A stretch of DNA of 20,997 nucleotides from Myxococcales bacterium (GCA_037441385.1 JBBISH010000111.1:1-20997); one strand, 5' to 3'; shown: positions 8,287-17,034, numbered from the stretch's first letter. Made by a program: numbers and translations. The notes: a model not told the origin generated them from the sequence alone.

Positions 8287-9440
8287 TGAACAGTCGCAAC
8301 GTCCAGGCGGTCTTGACGGCCCTGCGGCCGCGCAGGCTGGTCGAATTGCTGGCCGAGGCGGTGGATGCCTACAGCCCCACCTACGCCGAGGCGCCCGCCA
8401 CCGAGGTCTTCGAGCGCGCCCTGCTGCGCGGTGGTCTGACCGTGGTGCGCCAGCCGGTGGCGAATCCCAGCGGCAACGGTGCGCGCCACAATTTGCTGAT
8501 TCGCCTGGGGCCCGAGCCGCTGGCGCTGCTCTTTGTCGGCCACGTTGACACAATTCCTGCAGGGAGTGGGGCGATGCGGTTTGCGCCCGCGCGCATCGAC
8601 GACGACCGGCTCATCGGTCTGGGGGCGGCGGACATGAAGTCCGGATGCGCCGCGATGGTCGAGGCCGTGCTGGCCGTGGCCGAATCGGGCTTGGCGCTGC
8701 GGCACGGCGTGGGACTGGCGCTGGTGGTGGGCGAAGAAGAGTACGGCGACGGCTCCGCGGCATTGCCCGACGCGTTTTGCGCGCCGCTGACGGTGGTGGG
8801 CGAGCCGACCAATTTGTCGCCGTGCATCGAGCACTACGGCTACTTGGAATGCCAACTGCTCAGTCGCGGCATTCGCTCGCACGCGGCGCTGGCCGGGCAG
8901 GGCGGCGGCGCCATCCACGCGCTGCTCACCTGGCTGCTGGGCATCTTGGACGGTGCCGAGCCGACGCGAGCGGGCATTGCCATCAACCCGCGGCTGGTGC
9001 AGGGCGGCGGGGAGCTGTTCGTGGTGGCGGACCGGTGCGAGGCGACGTTGGACGTGCACTGGCGGCCGGGCGTCGAGGTCGACGAGGTCGTGGCGGCGAT
9101 CGAGCGCGGTCGCGGCGAGGCCCAGCGCAGCCACACCACCTGCCAACTGGAGTACCGAGAGCTGTTCCGCGCCCAAGGGTACAGCAATCGCCCCAGCGAG
9201 CCGCGGCTGCAGCCTCTGGCTCACGCGTTCGACGTTGCTGAACTGCCTTGGAGTCCTGGAGTTTTTCGCTCGCACTCGGACGCGGATCTGTTCCAGCAGC
9301 GCGGCAGCGTGGCGGTGGTGTGCGGTCCGGGAGCGCTGGAAGTGGCGCACGCACCGGGCGAGTTCGTCTCGCTTGCCGAGACCGAGCGTGCCGCGCGGCT
9401 GTATGCCTGCCTGGCGACGCTGCTTTGTACCGGGGCGTGA
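8286..9440 (+). CDS. M20 family metallohydrolase (ArgE/DapE-like deacylase)
   Basis: Metal-ligand motifs GHVDT, GAADMKSG, GEEE, VGEPT, SDA and AHAPGE. ATG 8286 chosen because 8154-8285 is repeat DNA. Confidence 0.9.
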   Translation: MNSRNVQAVLTALRPRRLVELLAEAVDAYSPTYAEAPATEVFERALLRGGLTVVRQPVANPSGNGARHNLLIRLGPEPLALLFVGHVDTIPAGSGAMRFAPARIDDDRLIGLGAADMKSGCAAMVEAVLAVAESGLALRHGVGLALVVGEEEYGDGSAALPDAFCAPLTVVGEPTNLSPCIEHYGYLECQLLSRGIRSHAALAGQGGGAIHALLTWLLGILDGAEPTRAGIAINPRLVQGGGELFVVADRCEATLDVHWRPGVEVDEVVAAIERGRGEAQRSHTTCQLEYRELFRAQGYSNRPSEPRLQPLAHAFDVAELPWSPGVFRSHSDADLFQQRGSVAVVCGPGALEVAHAPGEFVSLAETERAARLYACLATLLCTGA

Positions 9441-9546
9441 TCCGCAGCGCCCGTGCCGCCACGTTCCGCTTGACCGCCAGTGGCCGCGCGGTCAAGGTGC
9501 CGGCCGCAGCGCGCACAGCGACGCACCGGATTCCCCGGACCCCGCG

Positions 9547-9597
9547 CAGAGTACAACCCGGCGCCGAATACGACTTCGCCCAGAACACAACCTCGCA
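9547..9597 (+). repeat. Three imperfect tandem 17-bp direct repeats upstream of the DUF1697-like gene
   Basis: CAGAGTACAACCCGGCG / CCGAATACGACTTCGCC / CAGAACACAACCTCGCA; units 1 and 2 each match unit 3 at 12/17. Confidence 0.6.
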
Positions 9598-9618
9598 ACG
9601 CGGCAGGTGCAGAAACGC

Positions 9619-10200
9619 ATGAAAATAGTTGGACTACTTCGCGGAATCAATGTCGGCAAGTCGATCCAGGTGCCCATGAAGGAGCTCACGCGGCTGCTCG
9701 ACGCCGCCGGCCTGGCGCAGGTCGCCACCTACCTGAATTCGGGCAACGTGGTGTTCGACTCGGACGAGCCGATCGCTCAACTGGGGCCCCGCCTGGACGC
9801 GTTGATCGAGGCCCGGTTCGGCGTACCGATCCCCATGCTGCTGCTGGGCGGGCCGCAGATTCGGGCGATCCGCGACGCCATCCCGATCGAGTGGGAAAAC
9901 AACGAAACCGAGCAGACTTATGTGGCGTACCTGTTCCCGGATGTGGATCGCCCCAGCCTGGTCCAGGAACTGCCGGTGCGCCGCGAATGGATGGACCTGC
10001 GCTACCTACCGGGTGCGCTGATCTGGAACATCCAGCGTGTACACGTCAATCGCAGTCAAATCACCAAGATCGTCAGCCACAAGGCCTATGCCCGCATGAC
10101 CACGCGCAACGTCAACACGGCCCGCAAACTGGCCGAGCTGTGCGAGGCTGGGCTGTCGACCGGGCCATCGCCACAGGGCTCGCCACAGGGTTCCCTGTAG
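9619..10200 (+). CDS. DUF1697-like protein
   Basis: Characteristic LLRGINVG...VPMKEL...V.TYLNSGNVVF N-terminus and MTTRNVNT.RKL C-terminus. Confidence 0.88.
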   Translation: MKIVGLLRGINVGKSIQVPMKELTRLLDAAGLAQVATYLNSGNVVFDSDEPIAQLGPRLDALIEARFGVPIPMLLLGGPQIRAIRDAIPIEWENNETEQTYVAYLFPDVDRPSLVQELPVRREWMDLRYLPGALIWNIQRVHVNRSQITKIVSHKAYARMTTRNVNTARKLAELCEAGLSTGPSPQGSPQGSL

Positions 10201-10257
10201 CGTTAGCAGGTCGCGCGACCGGCGCCGCGCCCAAGGCGGCCAGGGGCCAACACGGGA

Positions 10258-10318
10258 ACCCAATTCCGCCTGATTCGGCTGAAAGTTCCGGGAATTCTCC
10301 GGGCCCGAACCGGGGTCC
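10258..10318 (+). repeat. 132-bp element, copy C (5' half only)
   Basis: CCAATTCCGCCTGATTCGGCTGAAAGTTCCGGGAATTCTCCGGGCCCGAACCGGGGTCC matches the first ~62 nt of the element (one 1-nt gap) and stops at the internal motif. Confidence 0.82.
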
Positions 10319-10343
10319 GTAGGTCGCTATGCGACGCCCGTCA

Positions 10344-10475
10344 TACCAGTTCCGTCCGAATCGGATCGAAAACTCGGGCAATTCTCCGGGCCCGAACCGG
10401 GGTCCCCGCCTGATTCTCGCCAGTTGCGCAACGAGTCAGAAAAAGCGTATAGGCGTGAATCAGGTGGGGTGCGTA
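10344..10475 (+). repeat. 132-bp element, copy D (full length)
   Basis: 121/132 identical to copy E by hand count. Flanks are TCA and TTA; the TTA is the CBS gene stop codon on the minus strand. Confidence 0.93.
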
Positions 10476-10883
10476 TTAGCGGCCCATTTGCCGACCGATC
10501 TCGCGCACCGCGCGCAGGATGTCAAAGCGCGTAATTGCGCCGACCAGCTTGCCATTTTCGACCACCGGGTAGCGGCGGACGTAGTCGCCCAAGAACATGC
10601 CGGCACAGAAGAAGATGTTCATGTTGGCGCTGACCGTGCGCGGGTTCTTGGTCATGAAATCGGCCACCGTGCCCTTGGGCAGCTCGTTGTCCACGCCAGC
10701 CGCCAGCAAGCGCAGCAGGTCCTTTTCCGAAATAATGCCCACCACCTCGCCCGCCTCGTTTACGACCGGCGCGCCCGTGACATGGTGTTCCAACAAGAAG
10801 TCGACGGCCGCCAGGATGTCGGTGTCGGGCTTCAGGGTCTGCAGGTCCTTGTCCATGTATTGGCTGACGCGAGGCATGTTCAT
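10476..10883 (-). CDS. Stand-alone CBS-pair (Bateman domain) protein, 135 aa
   Basis: VSQYM...HHVTGAPVVNEAGEVVGIISEKDLL and TVADFMT...RRYPVVENGKLVGAITRFDIL; AAGGAG RBS before ATG 10883. Confidence 0.93.
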   Translation of the reverse strand: MNMPRVSQYMDKDLQTLKPDTDILAAVDFLLEHHVTGAPVVNEAGEVVGIISEKDLLRLLAAGVDNELPKGTVADFMTKNPRTVSANMNIFFCAGMFLGDYVRRYPVVENGKLVGAITRFDILRAVREIGRQMGR

Positions 10884-10908
10884 GACGTACTCCTTTTCGC
10901 AACAAGCA

Positions 10909-10924
10909 AGCGGGGTGCTTGCCA
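10909..10924 (-). promoter_or_regulatory. Possible sigma54-type promoter for the CBS gene
   Basis: TGGCAAGCACCCCGCT has GG-N10-GC spacing but lacks the TT before GC. It overlaps the palindrome GCAAGC-N5-GCTTGC. Confidence 0.3.
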
Positions 10925-11096
10925 CAGCGTAGGTGGCCAGCCCGTGCTGGTCAACACGCCGGTGCCCATCCGGACCGGTGTGGCTCGGAAAACGTCTATG
11001 CCGATCACCTAGTTGCCGACTTGAACAAGCTGGACCTTGCCGCGCGCCGCGCCTGCCCGTAGGCTCCACAACCTTTCCACCTGGAGCCTCTTGCCC

Positions 11097-11705
11097 ATGC
11101 AATTCGAATTCAAGTCGGACTTCCCCGTCCAGGACGACGCCTGCAAGCAGGCCACCGGCAAGGCCTTGGCCGACTGGTTTCAAATCATCGAGGCCAACGG
11201 TCTTTCGACCAAGCGGCGCGACGCCATCCAGCACATCTACAACGAGACGGGCCGCGGCAAAGACGTCTGGTGGCCCACCACGATTTGGGTCGAATTCGAG
11301 AGAGCCCGCGGCATCGTCCAGCGCGACGGGCGGGCCGAGGGCTACAACATCTGCTGCACCAAAGGGTTCAAGCAGACGCCGGCCGAGATTTTTGCCCACC
11401 TGCGCCACGAAGCGGCGTTTGCCCAGTGGGTCCAGGGCTGGTCCGGCGCGCTCGTCGAAGGGGCGCCCTTCACGTGCGGCGTGTGCTCGGGCGCGGTCGG
11501 CCGGATTCGCGACGGCAAGGACTTGCGCTTGCTGTGGCAGAGCCCCGGTTGTGGCGTCACCGACGTCGAGATGATGTTCGTCGTCGCCGCCGGCAAAACC
11601 ACGCTCAACATCTACCACAAGCGCATCGCCAGCCGCGACGAGGCCGACGGCCTGCGGCGGGCTTGGGGGCAGGCCCTCGATCGGCTCAAGGCATTGGTCG
11701 GCTAG
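11097..11705 (+). CDS. DUF4287-like N-terminal helical domain fused to an SRPBCC/START-like domain
   Basis: KQATGKALADWF...WWPTTIWVEFE N-terminal part; C-terminal KTTLNIYHKRI...ADGLRRAWGQALDRLK helix typical of SRPBCC; GGAG RBS. Confidence 0.75.
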   Translation: MQFEFKSDFPVQDDACKQATGKALADWFQIIEANGLSTKRRDAIQHIYNETGRGKDVWWPTTIWVEFERARGIVQRDGRAEGYNICCTKGFKQTPAEIFAHLRHEAAFAQWVQGWSGALVEGAPFTCGVCSGAVGRIRDGKDLRLLWQSPGCGVTDVEMMFVVAAGKTTLNIYHKRIASRDEADGLRRAWGQALDRLKALVG

Positions 11706-11738
11706 GGGTTGCGGCCGGCTGACGAACCTTGGCTGGCC

Positions 11739-12347
11739 ATGGACGCAATGGGCTCGCGGAGGCTCGGCGTGGTTGACTTGCGCATGCTTTACGGATCGGC
11801 TTTGGCGCTGCTTCTGTCGGCCACCAGCCACGCCGCGCTGGCGATGGAACCGCACGCGCCGCCCACGGGATGGGGGCTGGCGTGGGCGCCCCTGCGGCTG
11901 ATCGATCAGCAATTCGAGCTGCGCGGCGAGTGGCGGCAGTCGCATTATGGCGTGGCCGTGCTCGCGTCTGCGGGTGGGCAGACCACCCTGCAACCGCTGG
12001 AGCAGGTGCAGCGGGGCGTGGGCGGCGGGACCCAAGCCCTGCTGGCCGCGCTGGGCGACATGCGGCGCGGATTGCTGGTTGGTGCCGAATTTCGCTATAG
12101 TTATCAGTGGGTAGATGCCGCCGCCAACCTCGTGCCGATCCCGGTAACGACGCAGCGATGGGCCGGCGGGGTGGTGCTGGCGGCGCGCTGGTCGTCCGCG
12201 CAGGGGAGGCTGTTTGGCGAGGTGCAGGCGGTCGCCCGATGGCAGCGGACCACGGCTGAGATCGTTTGCTGCACGACGATCCGCCAGGAGCAAACGTCAA
12301 GTGAATTCAGGGTGGTGCCCACCTTGTTGGTGGGGTTCCAATGGTAG
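11739..12347 (+). CDS. Hypothetical exported protein, possible small outer-membrane beta-barrel (start uncertain: 11739 or 11784)
   Basis: Signal-like ALALLLSATSHAALA, alternating beta-strand pattern, C-terminal aromatic LLVGFQW; 7-bp overlap with the next gene. Confidence 0.6.
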   Translation: MDAMGSRRLGVVDLRMLYGSALALLLSATSHAALAMEPHAPPTGWGLAWAPLRLIDQQFELRGEWRQSHYGVAVLASAGGQTTLQPLEQVQRGVGGGTQALLAALGDMRRGLLVGAEFRYSYQWVDAAANLVPIPVTTQRWAGGVVLAARWSSAQGRLFGEVQAVARWQRTTAEIVCCTTIRQEQTSSEFRVVPTLLVGFQW

Positions 12348-13246
12348 CACCGCAACGACCGCCCGCAGCAGCTTCCAGGCGCTGGCCGCGATGGGTCGCA
12401 CTTGGCGCGCTCTTGGCGCAGCTGCTGGCCGGCGAGGCAGCTGCGTATTCGCCCAATTGGCTCTACGAAAACCCCGTTGGTCTTCCAACGGCGGCGACGG
12501 CGCCCGGCGACAGCGAATGGCCCGGTTCCGGCAGCGTCGAGCTTTCGGTCGGGCAGGCGCTCCACGGCGGCCTACTTGGCTTTGAGATCTGCTCGCTGAC
12601 CCACTGCCGGCAGGCGGCGCTGCACTTCGTGGCCATCGGCGACGGCGCTGGGCTGCTCTTGGGCGGCCTGGTCGGGTCGCGCTTGCGTCCGCATCAGGCT
12701 ATGCTCATCAACTCGGGCACCGCGCTGGGCTTTTTCAACTCCCTGGCATTGGACTGGGACCAACCCAAGGCCCAACCTGGCCGATGGCTCGGCTTCCAGG
12801 TCGGGGGAGCGCTGGCGGGTGCGATCGCGGGCCAATTCGCCCACCCCGAGACCGGGCGGCTGGCCATGGCCAATTCGGCCGCGCTGTGGCTGGCCACCGC
12901 CACGTACTTCGGCCGGCACGCGGCGAATCGCGAGAACTTTGGCCTGTGGACCGCCGCGGCCGCCGACCTGGGCTACGTCTTTGGTCTTTTTGCGTGGGAC
13001 GGACTGCCGTTGTCGCGAGCTAGGGTGGCCCAGATCGACGCGGCTGCGGGACTTGGGCTCACCCTGGGCGTGCTCGGCGCACACGCGGCCGTGGATCGCA
13101 ACGACGACCATGCCATGTGGGTTGGTGGCACGGTTGGCGTGCTGGCGGGCGTTGCACTGGGCACGTTGTGGGCCGATTGGCGCAGCGCCGCCGCCGTCCA
13201 GATCGTTCCGCAGGGCAACGGGGTGGCGCTGATGGGCACGTTCTAG
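12341..13246 (+). CDS. Hypothetical Gly/Ala-rich envelope protein with glycine-zipper helices
   Basis: Signal-like N-terminus (…LLAGEAAA|Y), repeated GxxxGxxxG helices, C-terminal VQIVPQGNGVALMGTF of the type common in myxobacterial envelope proteins. Confidence 0.75.
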   Translation: MVAPQRPPAAASRRWPRWVALGALLAQLLAGEAAAYSPNWLYENPVGLPTAATAPGDSEWPGSGSVELSVGQALHGGLLGFEICSLTHCRQAALHFVAIGDGAGLLLGGLVGSRLRPHQAMLINSGTALGFFNSLALDWDQPKAQPGRWLGFQVGGALAGAIAGQFAHPETGRLAMANSAALWLATATYFGRHAANRENFGLWTAAAADLGYVFGLFAWDGLPLSRARVAQIDAAAGLGLTLGVLGAHAAVDRNDDHAMWVGGTVGVLAGVALGTLWADWRSAAAVQIVPQGNGVALMGTF

Positions 13247-13321
13247 CTCGCGGCCAGTCCACAGCTCGCCCCCTGGCCGCAAGACACGAAGTCGCTGCAC
13301 TTCGGCGCCAACGGCCAGGTA

Positions 13322-15583
13322 TTGACGCCGCCCGTCGATCTCGCGGCTGAGTGGAAGATTCCCGTTTCGATGGCGGCGCCCGGCCTTGCCTATGCGCACG
13401 GCCAGTTCATCTTGGCCTATATGCTGTTGCCCAAGGAATATGGCACCAAAAGCACCAACTTGTCGCTGCGTCTGCGCGCCTGGGACGAGGGCTTGGGCGG
13501 CTGGACCGGCGGCGAGCAAATCCTTGGGGTCGATTCGTTGGGATGGAAGTCGCCAGAATTGCTCGCGACTTCGTATGGCGTGCTGGCCGCCAAGGACTGG
13601 TGGAGCTCGGGCGCAGACCCCAACGGCGCGGCGCTCATGGCGCTCATCGGTCCGGACGCCAAGCCGGTGGCTCCGCTGTGGATTGGCACTGGTGGCAACA
13701 AGACGCTGCTGCGCATTCAGCCGCTGCAGGTGGGCGACCAACTGGTGGGGATTGCGACGTCCGGCAGTGGCCAGCAGGTCGACTTGGCATGGGTGCCCAT
13801 TTCGTGCCCGAGTACCGGCAAGTGCGCCAGCCCGGCCCAGTGCGACGACAACAACCCCTGCACCAGCGATGCGTGCGACTTTGTCAGTGGCTGTCTGCAC
13901 TTGCCTACTGCCGCCACTTGCACGGACGGCAACCCGTGCACCTTGGCCGAGACGTGCTTGGACGGGGCCTGCACCACCCCCGCGCTCTGCGACGATGGCG
14001 ACCCGTGCACCACCGATGTCTGCGACGCCGGGGGCACGTGCAGCCACCAGGCCCAAGATTTGGCCTGCAACGACGGCTTGCCCTGCACCAAGGACGACCA
14101 ATGCAAGAACGGCAAATGCGCCGGCAGCACCGACGACTGCAACGACGGCAACGCGTGCACGAACGACTTGTGCAGCCCCACGACCGGTTGCGTCCACACC
14201 GACAAGTCTGCCGAATGCGACGACAGCAACCCGTGCACGGTGGACTCGTGCAAGGCCACGGGCGCCAGTGCGGGTTGCCAGCATACCCCTGCGCCTGCCA
14301 ACGCGGTCTGTGTGGCGGACTGCACGCTGGGCTATTGCGCCGGGGCCAAGTGCCAGGCGGGCAGCGATTCGGCTTGGTGGCGCGTCGGGGCCGGCGAGGA
14401 TGGCAACGGCGACGCCGTGGCTGCGACGCCCGACGGCGGCATGGTCTACGGCGGCTATTTCTGGAAAGAACTGAAGCAGTATGCCTTGGTCAGTCGAGTC
14501 TCGCCGGGCGGCGTCGTGCTGTGGTCGTCCGTGTCGGCCACCCAAGACAGCGTGGTCAAGGCCATTGTGGCGACTCAAGACGGCGGTGCGCTGGCCGTTG
14601 GCGCGACCAATGCGGGGGGACTGGCGTCGTCGGCGTGGCTGCAGGGTTTTGATCCTGCTGGAAAAATCCAGTGGACGACTCAGGTGCCGCCGGCCGCCTC
14701 CTATCTTGCCGGGGCCGCGCCTGATGGCAGCGGTGGCCTGGTGGCGGTGGGCAGTTTGGAGAAGCCGGACGGGAGCCTCACAGGGTATGTCGTGCGTGTT
14801 GCGGGTTCGGGCAAGCTGCAGTGGCAGTTGCAGGCGCCGGCCGCGCCCATTGCGGGCCACCTGCGGGCCGTGGTCGCGGTGTCAGACGGGGGCTTTGTCA
14901 GCTGTGGCACCGCCACAAGCTCGCCTTCCAAGTTGGTGCTGGTGCGGTTTGGCGCTGACGGGACCTTGGCCTGGCAAAAGGTCGTGCAAGGCGGTGCCAT
15001 GGGCTGCTCGGCGCTCGCCGCCGTGCCGGGCGGTTTTGCCGTGGCCGACTACTTGGACATCGTGCGCTTGGACATGGCCGGCAACGTGCTTTGGGCGGCG
15101 CCTTTGCCCCCGGCTCCATACGGCGCCGAATACAACCTGTTCGCCCTGGCCGCCGAACGCGATGGCGCGCTCATCCTGGTCGGCGATCGGTACGAACCCG
15201 ATTATTACAAGCATCTATCTTGGTTTGCGCGCCTCGATTCGGGCGGCCATTTTGCGCAAGAGACCCTGTTTGGCGGCGACGCCTACGACCAATGGCACGC
15301 CGTCACGGCCGCGCCAGGAGGTGGCTATCTGCTGGTGGGCGAGGGCACGTCTGCCAAGCAGAGCAGTGGCGCCGTGGTGGCCCGATTGGACCCGTGGGGC
15401 CAAGCCGAGTGCGCCGCCTCGGGCAACTGTGCCAATCTTGCGGGCAACAGCTGCAGCGATGGTAACCCGTGCACCGTAGACAGTTGTTCGCCCAAGGGCG
15501 GTTGCCAACACGTCAATCTGGACTGGCTCCCATGCGGCACGGGGCAGGTTTGCGACGGCGGCTGGTGTGTGCCGTTGCCGTGA
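13322..15583 (+). CDS. Cys-rich repeat plus 7-blade beta-propeller protein, probably 5'-truncated (possible pseudogene)
   Basis: CDDNNPCTSDAC-type repeats, seven blades (A...DGG....G......RxDxxG...W), and a final Cys repeat. No signal peptide or clear RBS; the frame stays open back to 13247. Confidence 0.8.
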   Translation: MTPPVDLAAEWKIPVSMAAPGLAYAHGQFILAYMLLPKEYGTKSTNLSLRLRAWDEGLGGWTGGEQILGVDSLGWKSPELLATSYGVLAAKDWWSSGADPNGAALMALIGPDAKPVAPLWIGTGGNKTLLRIQPLQVGDQLVGIATSGSGQQVDLAWVPISCPSTGKCASPAQCDDNNPCTSDACDFVSGCLHLPTAATCTDGNPCTLAETCLDGACTTPALCDDGDPCTTDVCDAGGTCSHQAQDLACNDGLPCTKDDQCKNGKCAGSTDDCNDGNACTNDLCSPTTGCVHTDKSAECDDSNPCTVDSCKATGASAGCQHTPAPANAVCVADCTLGYCAGAKCQAGSDSAWWRVGAGEDGNGDAVAATPDGGMVYGGYFWKELKQYALVSRVSPGGVVLWSSVSATQDSVVKAIVATQDGGALAVGATNAGGLASSAWLQGFDPAGKIQWTTQVPPAASYLAGAAPDGSGGLVAVGSLEKPDGSLTGYVVRVAGSGKLQWQLQAPAAPIAGHLRAVVAVSDGGFVSCGTATSSPSKLVLVRFGADGTLAWQKVVQGGAMGCSALAAVPGGFAVADYLDIVRLDMAGNVLWAAPLPPAPYGAEYNLFALAAERDGALILVGDRYEPDYYKHLSWFARLDSGGHFAQETLFGGDAYDQWHAVTAAPGGGYLLVGEGTSAKQSSGAVVARLDPWGQAECAASGNCANLAGNSCSDGNPCTVDSCSPKGGCQHVNLDWLPCGTGQVCDGGWCVPLP

Positions 15584-15674
15584 GTCCTTGCGTAGTGAGA
15601 AGCGAATCTGGCAGGCTTTCCGGCAGAGCGACCCTGCCCAATTGTTCCGGGGTCCCAACAACGCGGAGGATTCT

Positions 15675-16694
15675 ATGCGCACGTATCGCCCGATCGCCTG
15701 TGCCCTCTTCGCCGCCGTGGGCTTGTTGGCTGCCGGCTGCCACACCACCGACACCAGCGCCAGCGACGGATCCGGTTCCGAAATCGCAGCCAGTGTGGTC
15801 AGCGGAGCCCTGAACAACAGCGCGGGCTCGTCCGTCGCCGACAGCCGCCAGTTGCCACGGCCCGAGCGCGAGTTCTGGCGGCCGCTCCTAGACGCTTTGC
15901 GCCCCGTGTCCGAGGCGTTTGCCGCCAAGTGGTCGTGCCAGGGCGGCAACCTGCAGCCAAAATTTGCCGGCGACAAGGGCAATCCCTACACGTACACGCC
16001 GATCAGTTGCACGGTGACTTGGGGCAACGGCAAGACCTCGTCGGTCACCTGGAGCGGCACTTTCAGCTTGAACTACAGCAAGGAGTGCGACGCACTCCAC
16101 CCGTGGATCGGCAACCAGATCGCCGGTTGCGGCGTGACGCGCACCACCGCCGCGGGCGGCAACACGCGCACCCTGACCGGACCAGCGGGCAACAGCTACG
16201 CGGTCGTGCACGACACCCACGGCGCCACCAGCGGCTGGGACAGCAGCGTCACGCCCGCGCCCAGCGACTCGGGCGTGGTCGCCACGTGCGGCGCCAGCGG
16301 CTGCAAAGAGGGCGGAACCTTGGTCATTTCGGGCAGCCACCTGACCGGCAACGTCACCAGCGGCGGCAAGACCTCCAAGCTGTGGGATCACACAGTGTCG
16401 ACGAGCGCCGGCGGCTTGACCATCGCCAGCAGCGGCGCCAATCGCGAGGTGTCGGGCACGGTGATCGTTCAGCATAACCTTGCCAAATTCACGACCAAGA
16501 CCACATTCAACCAGGTCAAGTACAGTGATCCGTCGTGCTGCTTCCCAACCAGCGGCTCGATCACCACGGCCTTTACGGGCGGACCCCATGTCGGCAAGAC
16601 CGAGAGCTTGGCGTTCAACGGCGCGTGCGGCGATGCGACGCTCACGGCCAGCGATGGCACGACCAGCACGCTGGTCCTGCAACACTGTCTGTAG
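15675..16694 (+). CDS. Lipoprotein of unknown function, Ser/Thr/Gly-rich, beta-rich, with paired Cys
   Basis: GGAGGA RBS, ATG 15675, lipobox LLAAG-C, host-like codon usage. Confidence 0.87.
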   Translation: MRTYRPIACALFAAVGLLAAGCHTTDTSASDGSGSEIAASVVSGALNNSAGSSVADSRQLPRPEREFWRPLLDALRPVSEAFAAKWSCQGGNLQPKFAGDKGNPYTYTPISCTVTWGNGKTSSVTWSGTFSLNYSKECDALHPWIGNQIAGCGVTRTTAAGGNTRTLTGPAGNSYAVVHDTHGATSGWDSSVTPAPSDSGVVATCGASGCKEGGTLVISGSHLTGNVTSGGKTSKLWDHTVSTSAGGLTIASSGANREVSGTVIVQHNLAKFTTKTTFNQVKYSDPSCCFPTSGSITTAFTGGPHVGKTESLAFNGACGDATLTASDGTTSTLVLQHCL

Positions 16695-16835
16695 CCGTCT
16701 GCTCCAGAGCGTTGGGCGGCTGCCGTGGAACTCATCGGAGATTGCTTCCCCGTTCATGGCCCGCTGATCGTTGGCCCCCGCACGCTCGCGGCCCGCTTGG
16801 TCGCGGAATTCGAGTCGGCCATGCTGGTGTTCTAG

Positions 16836-17034
16836 GAGCCTGTCGGCAAAATGGGCGACACTGCATGTCCATTTAGTTATACATTATGATCTTATTGGGT
16901 GCCGCCAGTCTCCTAGCCTTTTTCGTTTGTCCAACTGGCCGAAAATCGCCCGAAGTGAATTCGTGCGATTTCAGCCAGTTGCCGCCGCGCAAGACGCGGC
17001 GCTAGGATTGTGCCGGGATTATCCCGACACGCTC
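16836..17034. mobile_element. 199-bp non-autonomous MITE with ~17-bp terminal inverted repeats and CTAG flanks (IS5/IS1182-like ends)
   Basis: CTAG|GAGCCTGTCGGCAAAAT ... ATTATCCCGACACGCTC|CTAG; TIRs match 14/17; AT-rich interior; no transposase ORF. Confidence 0.8.

Noticed and set aside
10168..10190. TCGCCACAGGG duplicated at the end of the DUF1697-like gene
   Set aside because: A simple 12-bp-period duplication encoding SPQG twice; no evidence of function.
10884..12293. Long N-terminal extension of the CBS ORF (605 aa)
   Set aside because: Antisense to better-supported + strand genes; AAGGAG RBS marks the start at 10883.
12572..14860. 762-aa minus-strand ORF
   Set aside because: Antisense shadow of two + strand CDSs; no recognisable domain.
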